A stretch of 9,199 nt of DNA, taken from positions 1 through 9,199 of IMG/VR virus record IMGVR_UViG_2602041549_000006; one strand, 5' to 3'. The position numbers and the translations under genes are program-made. The stretch's first letter is position 1; each line of letters opens with the position of its first letter. Below are positions 1 to 7,074 of this stretch, one piece after another. Source of the DNA: a virus (Duplodnaviria; Heunggongvirae; Uroviricota; Caudoviricetes). Below the pieces are notes generated by a model. The model ran no database searches. It worked only from the letters and a program-made list of their open reading frames with translations, and had not been told where the DNA came from.

Positions 1-107
1 GATTCAGGGGGCCAGTCTAGAACATGATTCGCTTATCCCAGTAGTCATTACACAGGCGATACTCTTCCGTTTTCTCACCTGACTTCATCTGGTCGAAATA
101 TTCACCG

Positions 108-410
108 TTAACTGCCAGTTGAAGGTTGGCCACGACCTTCCTCCTTTGGCTTGTGAATTTGTATCGTCATGCCGCTTTGAGTGGTGACTACAATGACAGA
201 ACCAGGCTGAAGGCTGTTAAGATTGAATGCTTCGTAAAACGAATCCAATGCCAGTGCTTTTTTATTCTTTCGGTTCCACCAACGCCATCCCTTGCTACAG
301 GCTACATCGACAATCCACTGTACACTCCTGTAAGCCATATAAAACCAGATGAGCAAAACCTGAAGGAATGCTATCCAGTCAATAATCGTATATTTCGCGA
401 AGGAGTCCAT
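108..410 (-). CDS. Small hypothetical protein (about 100 aa) with one strongly hydrophobic N-terminal segment (IIDWIAFLQVLLIWFYMAY); probable small membrane protein
   Basis: ORF 108..413 in the track begins with GTG at 413; the ATG at 410-408 is preceded by a strong SD (AGGAGGTGA) and overlaps the upstream stop as TGATG. No recognisable domain. Confidence 0.45.
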   Translation of the reverse strand: MDSFAKYTIIDWIAFLQVLLIWFYMAYRSVQWIVDVACSKGWRWWNRKNKKALALDSFYEAFNLNSLQPGSVIVVTTQSGMTIQIHKPKEEGRGQPSTGS

Positions 411-919
411 CACTTCACCTCCTGCTGCGGTGCTGCTGGCATTTCACGCCAGTGCGTAACTGAGTGCGGATCCGGATATTCGGTGCCATCATCCCAGCGA
501 TTGCCATTCCACATTGCAGACCACATCTCACCGTCTTCATACATGACCATTACCGGAATTAACTTATCCGGCATTCGCTCACTACAGCTTATCCAACCAT
601 CCGGAGTTGCCGGAGAATTGCCATTTACCAAGTCAGCTCGAACATATAGCGTGTCATCATGGTGCTGATTGTGGCTGCACCACGTTAATTCGCTTAACTC
701 GCCATCTTCTGGCCATACTCCAGCCGTTTGCAGCCAGATATGGGCTGGCGCATCTTGGCAAGGTGTATTAACTGGCAACTTGTAAGTTTGGCTTACAGGT
801 TCTGCTCCCAGTGATGCCAGTGCAATCCGTGCCACTTCCATTTGTTCGCCACGGGTAAGCCCGTTATCAAGCGGATTTTTAATGGATAATTCAATACGTT
901 CTTTGGTAATAGTGGTCAT
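410..919 (-). CDS. Phage accessory protein, DUF551-like C-terminal region (169 aa)
   Basis: ATG at 919-917 with AAGGA upstream. The C-terminal stretch GWISCSERMPD...THWREMPAAP resembles the DUF551 pattern common in enterobacterial prophage early-left regions (recalled from memory). Stop overlaps the next start. Confidence 0.55.
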   Translation of the reverse strand: MTTITKERIELSIKNPLDNGLTRGEQMEVARIALASLGAEPVSQTYKLPVNTPCQDAPAHIWLQTAGVWPEDGELSELTWCSHNQHHDDTLYVRADLVNGNSPATPDGWISCSERMPDKLIPVMVMYEDGEMWSAMWNGNRWDDGTEYPDPHSVTHWREMPAAPQQEVK

Positions 920-1431
920 GCCGCGTTTCCTTCTTTCTTATTAACAATTACACCGTCATATATTTCATTAAGGTGCCCTCTCAACTCCATACGCCTTAAT
1001 GCAAATAACATGTAATCGCATTCAACCTGCTTATTTCCAGTAAATGGCTTATCGTCAGGATTACCCCAACAGCAATTACCCTTGGGCCACCCATGTACTT
1101 TCCGTACTCTTCCGTTAACAACGTGAAGTAATCCCCAGCCGGGAGGTAAATCCTCAACTGAAATAATTCCCGGCTCACTAATAAAGAATCGCCAGTCGCC
1201 CATTCCAAGAGATGGATTTTTACGAAAACGCTTTTTTCTATCTGCCAACAAGTCAGCACGAGAACACTTCGCCTCTATCAGGCATGATGCTGAATTTCTG
1301 AATCCCATAGCATCTGGCTGTTCTCCGGTACTGGTTACAGCTATAAAGCGGTCATGAAAACAAACCTTGAACCCATTGCGCTTAAGGAACTTATACGCAA
1401 TCTGACAGAGTTCGCGGTGTGTTAACGCCAT
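916..1431 (-). CDS. Hypothetical protein (171 aa) with a PD-x12-ExK arrangement (PDAMGF ... LIEAK); possible PD-(D/E)XK-fold nuclease
   Basis: Track ORF 916..1767 overlaps the upstream gene; the internal ATG at 1431-1429 has an AAGGAG SD and sits 1 nt after the upstream TGA stop. The motif was read directly from the translation; the fold assignment is inference. Confidence 0.5.
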   Translation of the reverse strand: MALTHRELCQIAYKFLKRNGFKVCFHDRFIAVTSTGEQPDAMGFRNSASCLIEAKCSRADLLADRKKRFRKNPSLGMGDWRFFISEPGIISVEDLPPGWGLLHVVNGRVRKVHGWPKGNCCWGNPDDKPFTGNKQVECDYMLFALRRMELRGHLNEIYDGVIVNKKEGNAA

Positions 1432-1432
1432 A

Positions 1433-2053
1433 TCACTCTCCTTTGATGCGAATGCCAGCTGCGCTTGCTGATTCTTCATATGCGCGTTTAGCAGCGTTAA
1501 GGATTGCTGCCAGTGGCGTATAGCCGCCATCCATTCGGATTGTGTTGTGGATGCCAGCCATTGTGTCGCGCAATTTGCTGTGGCTAGCAGACAGTTCTGC
1601 AATGCGCTTCTCTGCGGCTTCCAGCTTCTCGCGCATATCGTCAACGTACTCGACCAGAGATCCGCCAGCAGGAATTTCGCATTCCTCGACCAGTTGGAAG
1701 TAGATATCAGCTGCGGCCCGTGTGTTGCTATGCCTAGCGTCGCCCATCTCACCTTCACGAAGAGCATCGCGTTCGGCGGTAAGATTGGCTATTTTGCTGT
1801 CTTTGCCTTCCAGCTCAACGCGCAGCCTCCCTACCGTTAGCGCAATATCCTCGTTCTCCTGATCGCGGCTTTTGATGTATTGCAGGTTTCTTTCCCGTTC
1901 ATCCAACAATGCCAGCGCGATATCTGGCGAAAAGTGCTTCATAAAATCGTTAAGCGCATTAATTCGCTGATCGAAAGGCATTACAGGTGCTTCACCAGCA
2001 ATTTTTGTTTTTTCAGCGATTTCACGAAGCTTTTGATAATCAATCTTGCTCAT
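1433..2053 (-). CDS. Ead/Ea22-like phage protein (206 aa) with a coiled-coil segment
   Basis: The N-terminus MSKIDYQKLREIAEK matches the typical start of Ead/Ea22-like prophage proteins (recalled). AAGGAG SD present; ATGA overlap with the upstream gene's stop. Confidence 0.6.
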   Translation of the reverse strand: MSKIDYQKLREIAEKTKIAGEAPVMPFDQRINALNDFMKHFSPDIALALLDERERNLQYIKSRDQENEDIALTVGRLRVELEGKDSKIANLTAERDALREGEMGDARHSNTRAAADIYFQLVEECEIPAGGSLVEYVDDMREKLEAAEKRIAELSASHSKLRDTMAGIHNTIRMDGGYTPLAAILNAAKRAYEESASAAGIRIKGE

Positions 2054-2889
2054 TGGATGACTCCTTTACGAAGCTGTTCGGCGATATCTTCGAGAACGCC
2101 ATCAGAGAATGAACGGTCAAAATCGCCTTCCGGCGCATTAGCCATAAACTCAGTAGAGGTAAGAATCATCCGGGCAATATCCGCGGCGTTCTTCGCAGTA
2201 TCATCAATAAAACCAGCTTCCCAGGCAGCCAGCATTCTGTTCGCCACAAAGTAAGCGCCCTCCTTGCGTGCTTCAGTCTTCACTTCAGCCAGGAAAGCAT
2301 CGGTGGCTGGGGTGTCTGATTGCAGAGACTTTGCGCGATAGTCATTCCACCCTCTTGCATACATGGGATTAACTTGCACTCCATCTTTTACGCAATATGC
2401 CTGCCCTCCACGGTTGATAACCTTGATTTCGTCCATAGCGCCAGACTTCATCCCCGCATTCTCCGCTGCCAGCTCCGCGCACTTGGCCTCAAGAGCGGCA
2501 ACCACTTCCTGATGGTCTTTGTACTTAACGTATGAGCCGGAGATGTCATCACCTTCGGTGTTTAGCCATGCGTCATTGCAATTCACTGCGTAGGTTCTGA
2601 TGCTCTCCCGCCTATGACAGACGCCAGGCCAGTCAATAAAGTATCCGCATTCCTTCTCAGATTGCTTAAGCGATGTATTTTCAGCAGCCATCTTCGCGCA
2701 TTTAGCCTCAAGGTTATCAATCGTGATTCCAGCAGAACGACACTCCCGCAACGCCGTTTCCAGTTTTGATTCAAGTTCACCGAACTTACGGACAAGATAT
2801 TCAGCGTTTGTTTCGTTAACCTTTAAATCACTTGGGATGCATTTACCTTTCAGAAAACCATCCATCTCAATTAGTGACATTTGTTTCAT
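2050..2889 (-). CDS. Coiled-coil phage protein with an internal tandem duplication (Ea22-like region); start ambiguous
   Basis: Long minus-strand ORF. The track start at 2907 is GTG with no SD; the ATG at 2889 has GGAG upstream, so either could be real. The motif LEAKCAxxAAEN occurs twice in the protein and is visible as a DNA repeat (2476-2495 versus 2697-2715). Confidence 0.5.
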   Translation of the reverse strand: MKQMSLIEMDGFLKGKCIPSDLKVNETNAEYLVRKFGELESKLETALRECRSAGITIDNLEAKCAKMAAENTSLKQSEKECGYFIDWPGVCHRRESIRTYAVNCNDAWLNTEGDDISGSYVKYKDHQEVVAALEAKCAELAAENAGMKSGAMDEIKVINRGGQAYCVKDGVQVNPMYARGWNDYRAKSLQSDTPATDAFLAEVKTEARKEGAYFVANRMLAAWEAGFIDDTAKNAADIARMILTSTEFMANAPEGDFDRSFSDGVLEDIAEQLRKGVIQ

Positions 2890-2983
2890 TTCTTCCCACT
2901 CCGCCACATCGCATTCAGATATTTGTTGTCATTAACAGAACCGAAACTCTTTCTCTTAAGCAAGTCCTCTCATGGTAAATTCC

Positions 2984-3277
2984 TCAGTCATTACTGATAG
3001 CGCCATAACGTGAGCGGTAATTACGCAGGCGCGGGTCAATTTCAGGGAAGTGGGTATATGTGGCTTTGCGGAATGGTCGGATTGATGTCTGGTAAATTCG
3101 CTCGCGTTCTTCTTTCTCTGCAAGCCATATACAATGGCGAAATTCCTTTTCCTCTTTCGTTTCCTGCGGTATCGACATTATCAGGTTGTAGTTTTTCCTG
3201 AATTTATCCAGCACCTCCGATACGGAATTGCCGGAACATCGGCGCGCGTCATCCGCACCATACAGAGGCGCTGGCAT
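2984..3277 (-). CDS. Hypothetical small phage protein (97 aa)
   Basis: ATG at 3277-3275 preceded by an AGGAG SD; same orientation and tight spacing with neighbouring genes. No recognisable domain. Confidence 0.5.
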   Translation of the reverse strand: MPAPLYGADDARRCSGNSVSEVLDKFRKNYNLIMSIPQETKEEKEFRHCIWLAEKEERERIYQTSIRPFRKATYTHFPEIDPRLRNYRSRYGAISND

Positions 3278-3293
3278 GGTTTTCTCCTGTTGA

Positions 3294-3842
3294 TTATTTA
3301 GCTAACTTTTTCCAGATCGCTGAAACGTATTTGGCTTGGTGAATGGCATCATCAAGCGCGTTGTGGCGAGTTCCTTTGAATGGCATATCTCGCTTAGGGT
3401 CGAATCCTATTACCTTCCCAAGTTCGACGATTGTTCTTACGTCGCGGTCATTCCACCACTGCCACGGAACTGGCTGCCCTGTCAGCGAATAACTGTTTCG
3501 GAGAATAACGCAGTCAAATGATGCTCCATTCCCCCAAACCTGAACGAATTTGTGGTTAGCGTTCTTTATGATGAATTCAGATAACCATGAAAGAGCCGTT
3601 GAAAGCTCCTGAGTGTTGCTGGTTAGCGATTTTCTGGCTTCTTCACTCTGTTCCAGCCACCATAAAATCGTTGAAGCGTCAGGACGCGCTCGATATCGCA
3701 TTGATGACTCAAGCGAGATATTTACCGAGAACTCTTCTCCTGTTTCTCCGGTATTCGGGTCAAAGAATACCGCCCCAATAGAAATAACTGGCGCGTATGG
3801 CCCGTTGCCCATTGTTTCAAGGTCAACCATCAAGTGATTCAT
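3294..3842 (-). CDS. 3'-5' exonuclease, DEDD(h)/DnaQ-like fold (182 aa)
   Basis: N-terminal MVDLETMG (Exo I motif, D-x-E) and C-terminal HNALDDA (Exo III motif, H-x4-D) read from the translation. AAGGA SD upstream of the ATG at 3842. Confidence 0.7.
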   Translation of the reverse strand: MNHLMVDLETMGNGPYAPVISIGAVFFDPNTGETGEEFSVNISLESSMRYRARPDASTILWWLEQSEEARKSLTSNTQELSTALSWLSEFIIKNANHKFVQVWGNGASFDCVILRNSYSLTGQPVPWQWWNDRDVRTIVELGKVIGFDPKRDMPFKGTRHNALDDAIHQAKYVSAIWKKLAK

Positions 3843-3850
3843 GTAAGTCC

Positions 3851-4330
3851 TTAAATTGCGTGAATAGCGTGACGAGGGAAGGGGAGAGTTACTGGCTCCT
3901 CGTCTGGGTAGATAGGTTTGTTATGTTTGTGCCACTCGACATGACATGACTTGCAGAGCCACATCACATCGGTTGGTTTGCTGTAGTCGCAGTGGTGCGC
4001 CTGTGGTTTACATTCTGATCCGCAGCACTCACATTGTGGTGGTCGGATTAGCTTACCGTCGCGCAAAAAATTACCCACAATGATGTGGGCTTTTCTTTTC
4101 CATGGGTTGCTCTGAATGAACCGCTTTTTGGCTGCGTTACACCGTTCTCTTCCGCGTTCCGATGATTGATATTCTCTCCTTGCTGATACTCGATGTGGCA
4201 ATCCAGCGCGTTCTTTGTCGTATTCAGCCAGGCAAGCCCGGCAAGCGGCAGTTAATCCATCTCTGGATGCTCTTCTGATTTGAAAGTCCCTTTCTTCCTT
4301 ATGTTGATGGCATCTTGAGCAGATTTTCAT
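3851..4330 (-). CDS. HNH endonuclease (159 aa), zinc-binding, free-standing
   Basis: C-terminal QCECCG ... AHHCDYSKP ... WLCKSCHVEWH gives the HNH catalytic His pair plus Cys4-type metal ligands; additional CxxC pairs at the N-terminus. AGGAG SD upstream. Confidence 0.7.
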   Translation of the reverse strand: MKICSRCHQHKEERDFQIRRASRDGLTAACRACLAEYDKERAGLPHRVSARREYQSSERGRERCNAAKKRFIQSNPWKRKAHIIVGNFLRDGKLIRPPQCECCGSECKPQAHHCDYSKPTDVMWLCKSCHVEWHKHNKPIYPDEEPVTLPFPRHAIHAI

Positions 4331-4339
4331 ATTCAGCTC

Positions 4340-4813
4340 CTAGAACGGAATATCCGAATCGTCGAAGTTCATAGGTGGTTCGCTGTGATTCCCATGCTGC
4401 TGAGATTGCTGTCTTTGTTGCTGGCCGTTATTTCGCTGAGGTGAAGACTGTTCATTGCCTCCTTGCTTGCCACCAAGCATTTGCATGGTTCCACCAACGC
4501 CTACGATAACTTCGGTAGTGAACCGATCCTGTCCACTTTGATCCTGCCATTTTCTTGTCCGCAATTTGCCTTCAAGATAAACCTCTGAGCCTTTCCGCAG
4601 ATACTCGCTGGCAATTTCTGCCAGTTTCCCGCTCATTACCACACGGTGCCACTCCGTCTGCTCCTTTTGCTCTCCAGTTTGCTTATCACGCCATTGTTCT
4701 GACGTAGCAACTGTAAGGTTTGCAAATGCCGTTCCTGATGGTGAATATCTGATTTCTGGATCATGCCCAAGGCGACCAATAATGATCACCTTATTTACGC
4801 CTCTGCTTGCCAT
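4340..4813 (-). CDS. ssb: Single-stranded DNA-binding protein SSB (157 aa)
   Basis: OB-fold N-terminus ([17 protein letters not shown]...), Gly/Gln-rich linker and the canonical acidic tail DDSDIPF. Confidence 0.9.
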   Translation of the reverse strand: MASRGVNKVIIIGRLGHDPEIRYSPSGTAFANLTVATSEQWRDKQTGEQKEQTEWHRVVMSGKLAEIASEYLRKGSEVYLEGKLRTRKWQDQSGQDRFTTEVIVGVGGTMQMLGGKQGGNEQSSPQRNNGQQQRQQSQQHGNHSEPPMNFDDSDIPF

Positions 4814-5521
4814 TTATGCCGCCTGTTTTAGCTCGTTAACTCTGATGTTCATTACCTGAACGCATTTAGCCTGCGCATCCTCATTGCCAGCCATTAATTG
4901 CCAGTCACGCTGATAACGCTCTATGAGTTTTTTCTTGTCAGTTTCTGTTGATGCATAATCGCTGAAGTCTTTCAGGATTTGTTCGCAGTCAACCGATGGA
5001 GATTTCTGGTTGGTATTTTCTGGTGATGGTTTGTTATCTGATGCTGGGATTGCCCATCCCGGCAGCGATGGAGGGAGCCAGTAAAATCCTGTTCCATCCT
5101 TCAGTTTTGCCCTGTGCCACCCCTGCTTTTTATCGAGAGATGTTTGTGCGAAACCTTCCTCAAGGTTATACAGATACCGACCGATTCCCCATTGAACGGC
5201 AGCACGCTTCATTGCACCGGAACGACCACCTTTGACGGCTTCTACCTGCGTGTTTTCAGCAGCATCCCATTTGGTTACCCATTCGGAATCAATCTTGATT
5301 GATATGCCGCATTCAACTCCGCCGTTGTTGGGAATATCGCGGTATTCATTGCGCCATCCTGCTTTGCCGCAAACATCGTCCAGGCGTTTCATGATTGCCC
5401 GGTTCGTGACATAAGCCAGCACCATAGCCCACACCTTGCCATCGCGTGTTTTACCGCTTTGCTGTATTCGCCATTCGATATCTTCAGGGCTGAATGGCTC
5501 ATCGAATTTGTTCAAATCCAT
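4814..5521 (-). CDS. Single-strand annealing recombinase, Rad52/Sak-like family (235 aa); functional analogue of lambda Bet / P22 Erf
   Basis: Motifs GWRNEY, GGVECGISI and AVQWGIGRYLY fit Rad52-family annealing proteins (recalled). Sits immediately upstream of ssb, with a GAGGTGA SD. Confidence 0.65.
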   Translation of the reverse strand: MDLNKFDEPFSPEDIEWRIQQSGKTRDGKVWAMVLAYVTNRAIMKRLDDVCGKAGWRNEYRDIPNNGGVECGISIKIDSEWVTKWDAAENTQVEAVKGGRSGAMKRAAVQWGIGRYLYNLEEGFAQTSLDKKQGWHRAKLKDGTGFYWLPPSLPGWAIPASDNKPSPENTNQKSPSVDCEQILKDFSDYASTETDKKKLIERYQRDWQLMAGNEDAQAKCVQVMNIRVNELKQAA

Positions 5522-5620
5522 AATTCACCTCAGAATGGACACGGCCCAAGAAAATAACGCTGATTTAATACTTCGACTCGGGACAAATTAAGGCATACCC
5601 GCATTCCTTCGCGGTCACCA

Positions 5621-5779
5621 TTATGGCGATACCAGAGAGCTTTCTGCGTGTACATGCGTCTCTGTAACTTGCTCTCCTTCACTGTGGTTGCAAGTGACAT
5701 GAATATCTCCTTCGTTACCGATTAATTCTTTCATCTGACGAATGAATTCTTCGTCTGACCATTTATCTGTAAAACTCAT
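5621..5779 (-). CDS. Small protein (52 aa) in the kil position, downstream of and translationally coupled to cIII; function unknown
   Basis: ATG at 5779-5777 overlaps the cIII stop as ATGA. Assignment is by position only; the longer track ORF 5621..5809 would overlap cIII by 34 nt. Confidence 0.35.
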   Translation of the reverse strand: MSFTDKWSDEEFIRQMKELIGNEGDIHVTCNHSEGEQVTETHVHAESSLVSP

Positions 5780-5946
5780 GGACGGCCTTGTTGTTTCAAA
5801 ATATCCCAAAGCTTTTCGAGCAAACTTTTCATTCTTGGTTGTTTAAAGTCTGCTCCGGTTAAAATGTTTTTTCGTGAATGCTGTACCGATAAAATCGGGT
5901 TGAAAGGGCGAACCGATGCCGCCCCTGCAATAGCGAACTGTTGCAT
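5776..5946 (-). CDS. cIII: CIII-like protein (56 aa); regulator that protects CII from FtsH
   Basis: Internal ATG at 5946-5944 with an AAGGAG SD. The protein MQQFAIAGAAS...LLEKLWDILKQQGRP resembles lambda CIII (MQYAIAGW...LIDILNQPGVP) in start, length and C-terminus. The longer track ORF would read through the terminator hairpin. Confidence 0.65.
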   Translation of the reverse strand: MQQFAIAGAASVRPFNPILSVQHSRKNILTGADFKQPRMKSLLEKLWDILKQQGRP

Positions 5947-6011
5947 AGGATGCTCCTTCTGTTTGATTGCATAACGAAAACGCCTCGAGTGAAGCGTTAT
6001 TGGTATGCATA

Positions 6012-6036
6012 TAAAAAAGCCCTCACACTGGAGGGC
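6012..6036 (-). terminator. Intrinsic terminator on the minus strand (tL1-like), downstream of the N plus orf156 unit
   Basis: The minus strand reads GCCCTC-cagtgt-GAGGGC followed by TTTTTTAT: a 6-bp GC stem, 6-nt loop and T6 tract. There is no T-tract on the plus-strand side. Confidence 0.6.
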
Positions 6037-6098
6037 AAAGAAGATTTCCAATAATCAGAACAAGTCGGCTCCTGTTTAGTTACGAGCGACATTGCTCC

Positions 6099-6126
6099 GT
6101 GTATTCACTCGTTGGAATGAATACAC
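6099..6126. repeat. Perfect 9-bp inverted repeat (GTGTATTCA-N10-TGAATACAC) just 3' of orf156
   Basis: Read directly from the sequence; no adjacent U-tract, so not a classical terminator. Confidence 0.5.
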
Positions 6127-6140
6127 AGTGCTTATTCGTA

Positions 6141-6611
6141 CTAATAAAACACCCAGTTTTCTGTTTCTTGGTTGTGTCCAAAGTTATATTCAATACCTGG
6201 TGTTGATGTATCAATATTCTTCATCCCATCAACAAGAGTTGATACAACAGCCAAATCTTGTTTGATTCTCATCAAATGGTATTTCTTCCGGCGCAATAAA
6301 CTTTCAATGGCAAGTTTCTTCGTCGGGAATGCAAAAGATCTTTCTGCATTTTTTGCTACTTTCTTAATTGCATATCTATTTCTCCTTTGTTTCCATTCCT
6401 GTAACCACTGATTTGGTGCTGGTTTAAAATTAACAATCCAATGCGCAGGAACCAACCATGCATAATGCTCTGTCTGATGAAAAGCTATATATTGAAGTGC
6501 GAATATTTTGATTCCATCTTCTTCAACTGTCGCTTGGAATCTCCAGAAAACAGGCATTCCATCATGTTCAGTTTCTGATTCAGGAAAAGGTACGCTCCAT
6601 GATTTTGTCAT
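6141..6611 (-). CDS. Hypothetical protein (156 aa), AT-rich moron in the ral/sieB position directly after N; function unknown
   Basis: ATG at 6611-6609 with SD GAGGTGA overlapping the N stop codon. The segment is visibly AT-rich compared with its flanks. No recognisable domain, no transmembrane segment. Confidence 0.6.
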   Translation of the reverse strand: MTKSWSVPFPESETEHDGMPVFWRFQATVEEDGIKIFALQYIAFHQTEHYAWLVPAHWIVNFKPAPNQWLQEWKQRRNRYAIKKVAKNAERSFAFPTKKLAIESLLRRKKYHLMRIKQDLAVVSTLVDGMKNIDTSTPGIEYNFGHNQETENWVFY

Positions 6612-6619
6612 ATATCACC

Positions 6620-6955
6620 TCAAATAAGTGGTTTGCTGCCTAATTTCATTTTCTGGCGACCAACACAAGTCACACCCATTTCACTGCGTGGCTTGCGGTA
6701 GTAAATACGATTCTGTTTACTCTCGACTTCATCTGCCTTCTTGCAGCGAAGGATTCCGAGTGATATTGCTTTTTCAGAAAGGCTTAAACGCTTTCTTGGG
6801 GCTTCCTGAACAGGTTCCTCACTGTCTGTGCCGAAGATAGAATCAATGATGTTGCAGATGGCATCACGCTCGATAGCCAGCTTTCTGCGCCGCTCATGAC
6901 GGCGAGTTTTGGCATTTCCTGCAAATGTTGATTTCCCGTACACGATTACCGTCAT
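6620..6955 (-). CDS. N: Antitermination protein N (112 aa) with a P22-type arginine-rich motif and a lambda-like C-terminus
   Basis: The N-terminus MTVIVYGKSTFAGNAKTRRHERRRKLAIER matches the P22 N ARM peptide (recalled); the C-terminus YYRKPRSEMGVTCVGRQKMKLGSKPLI parallels the lambda N C-terminus (WYSKPGERGITCSGRQKIKGKSIPLI). ATG at 6955 with AGGA upstream; the track ORF extends to 7039. Confidence 0.85.
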   Translation of the reverse strand: MTVIVYGKSTFAGNAKTRRHERRRKLAIERDAICNIIDSIFGTDSEEPVQEAPRKRLSLSEKAISLGILRCKKADEVESKQNRIYYRKPRSEMGVTCVGRQKMKLGSKPLI

Positions 6956-7074
6956 GATGTTTTCCTCATGTGAAATGGCTTTGGTGGTGATGCGCCAGAT
7001 GCTGATCTTCTGGTTGCTGTCGTTGCAGCTGCAATTCACATCACCGCCAAATCCATCTCGTTTGGTATCTGTTT

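Noticed and set aside
1-107. Possible tiny minus-strand ORF (about 22 aa from the ATG at 88-86) at the window edge
   Set aside because: Too short and without an SD to support; it may be non-coding 3' sequence of the operon.
126-668. Plus-strand ORF of 180 aa
   Set aside because: It lies antisense to two tightly packed minus-strand genes that have good SDs and coupling; it has no SD and no recognisable product, so it is most likely a shadow ORF.
996-1259. 87-aa minus-strand ORF nested in the 916-1431 gene
   Set aside because: Alternative frame entirely inside a better-supported gene, with no SD.
916-1767. 283-aa minus-strand ORF as given in the track
   Set aside because: Its 5' third overlaps the Ea22-like gene (1433-2053) in another frame; the internal ATG at 1431 with an AAGGAG SD placed right after the upstream stop is the plausible start.
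1547-2254. Plus-strand ORFs 1547..1840 and 1880..2254
   Set aside because: Antisense to the Ea22-like genes, low-complexity translations, no ribosome-binding sites.
2320-3201. Short ORFs 2320..2535 (+), 2583..2795 (-), 2723..2935 (+) and 3010..3201 (+)
   Set aside because: All are contained within or antisense to better-supported minus-strand genes and lack start signals.
3336-3837. Plus-strand ORFs 3336..3521, 3587..3781 and 3613..3837, antisense to the exonuclease gene
   Set aside because: Shadow ORFs inside a gene with clear DEDD motifs.
4996-5414. Plus-strand ORFs inside the annealing-protein gene
   Set aside because: Antisense shadow ORFs with no SD.
5522-5620. 100-bp gap between the annealing-protein gene and the kil-position ORF as a possible gam-like gene or sRNA
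   Set aside because: No ORF of useful length with an SD and no convincing promoter or terminator pair was found by eye; left unannotated.
5776-6051. 91-aa track ORF as the cIII product
   Set aside because: Its N-terminal 35 codons run through the intrinsic terminator hairpin and have no SD; the internal ATG at 5946 with AAGGAG gives a 56-aa CIII-like protein.
6172-6411. Plus-strand 79-aa ORF inside orf156
   Set aside because: Antisense, hydrophobic low-complexity translation typical of AT-rich shadow frames.
6141-6611. R-x4-H motif (RRKKYH) in orf156 as evidence of a HEPN RNase
   Set aside because: A single short motif has a high chance of occurring randomly and there is no other support; it is kept only as something to test by structure prediction.
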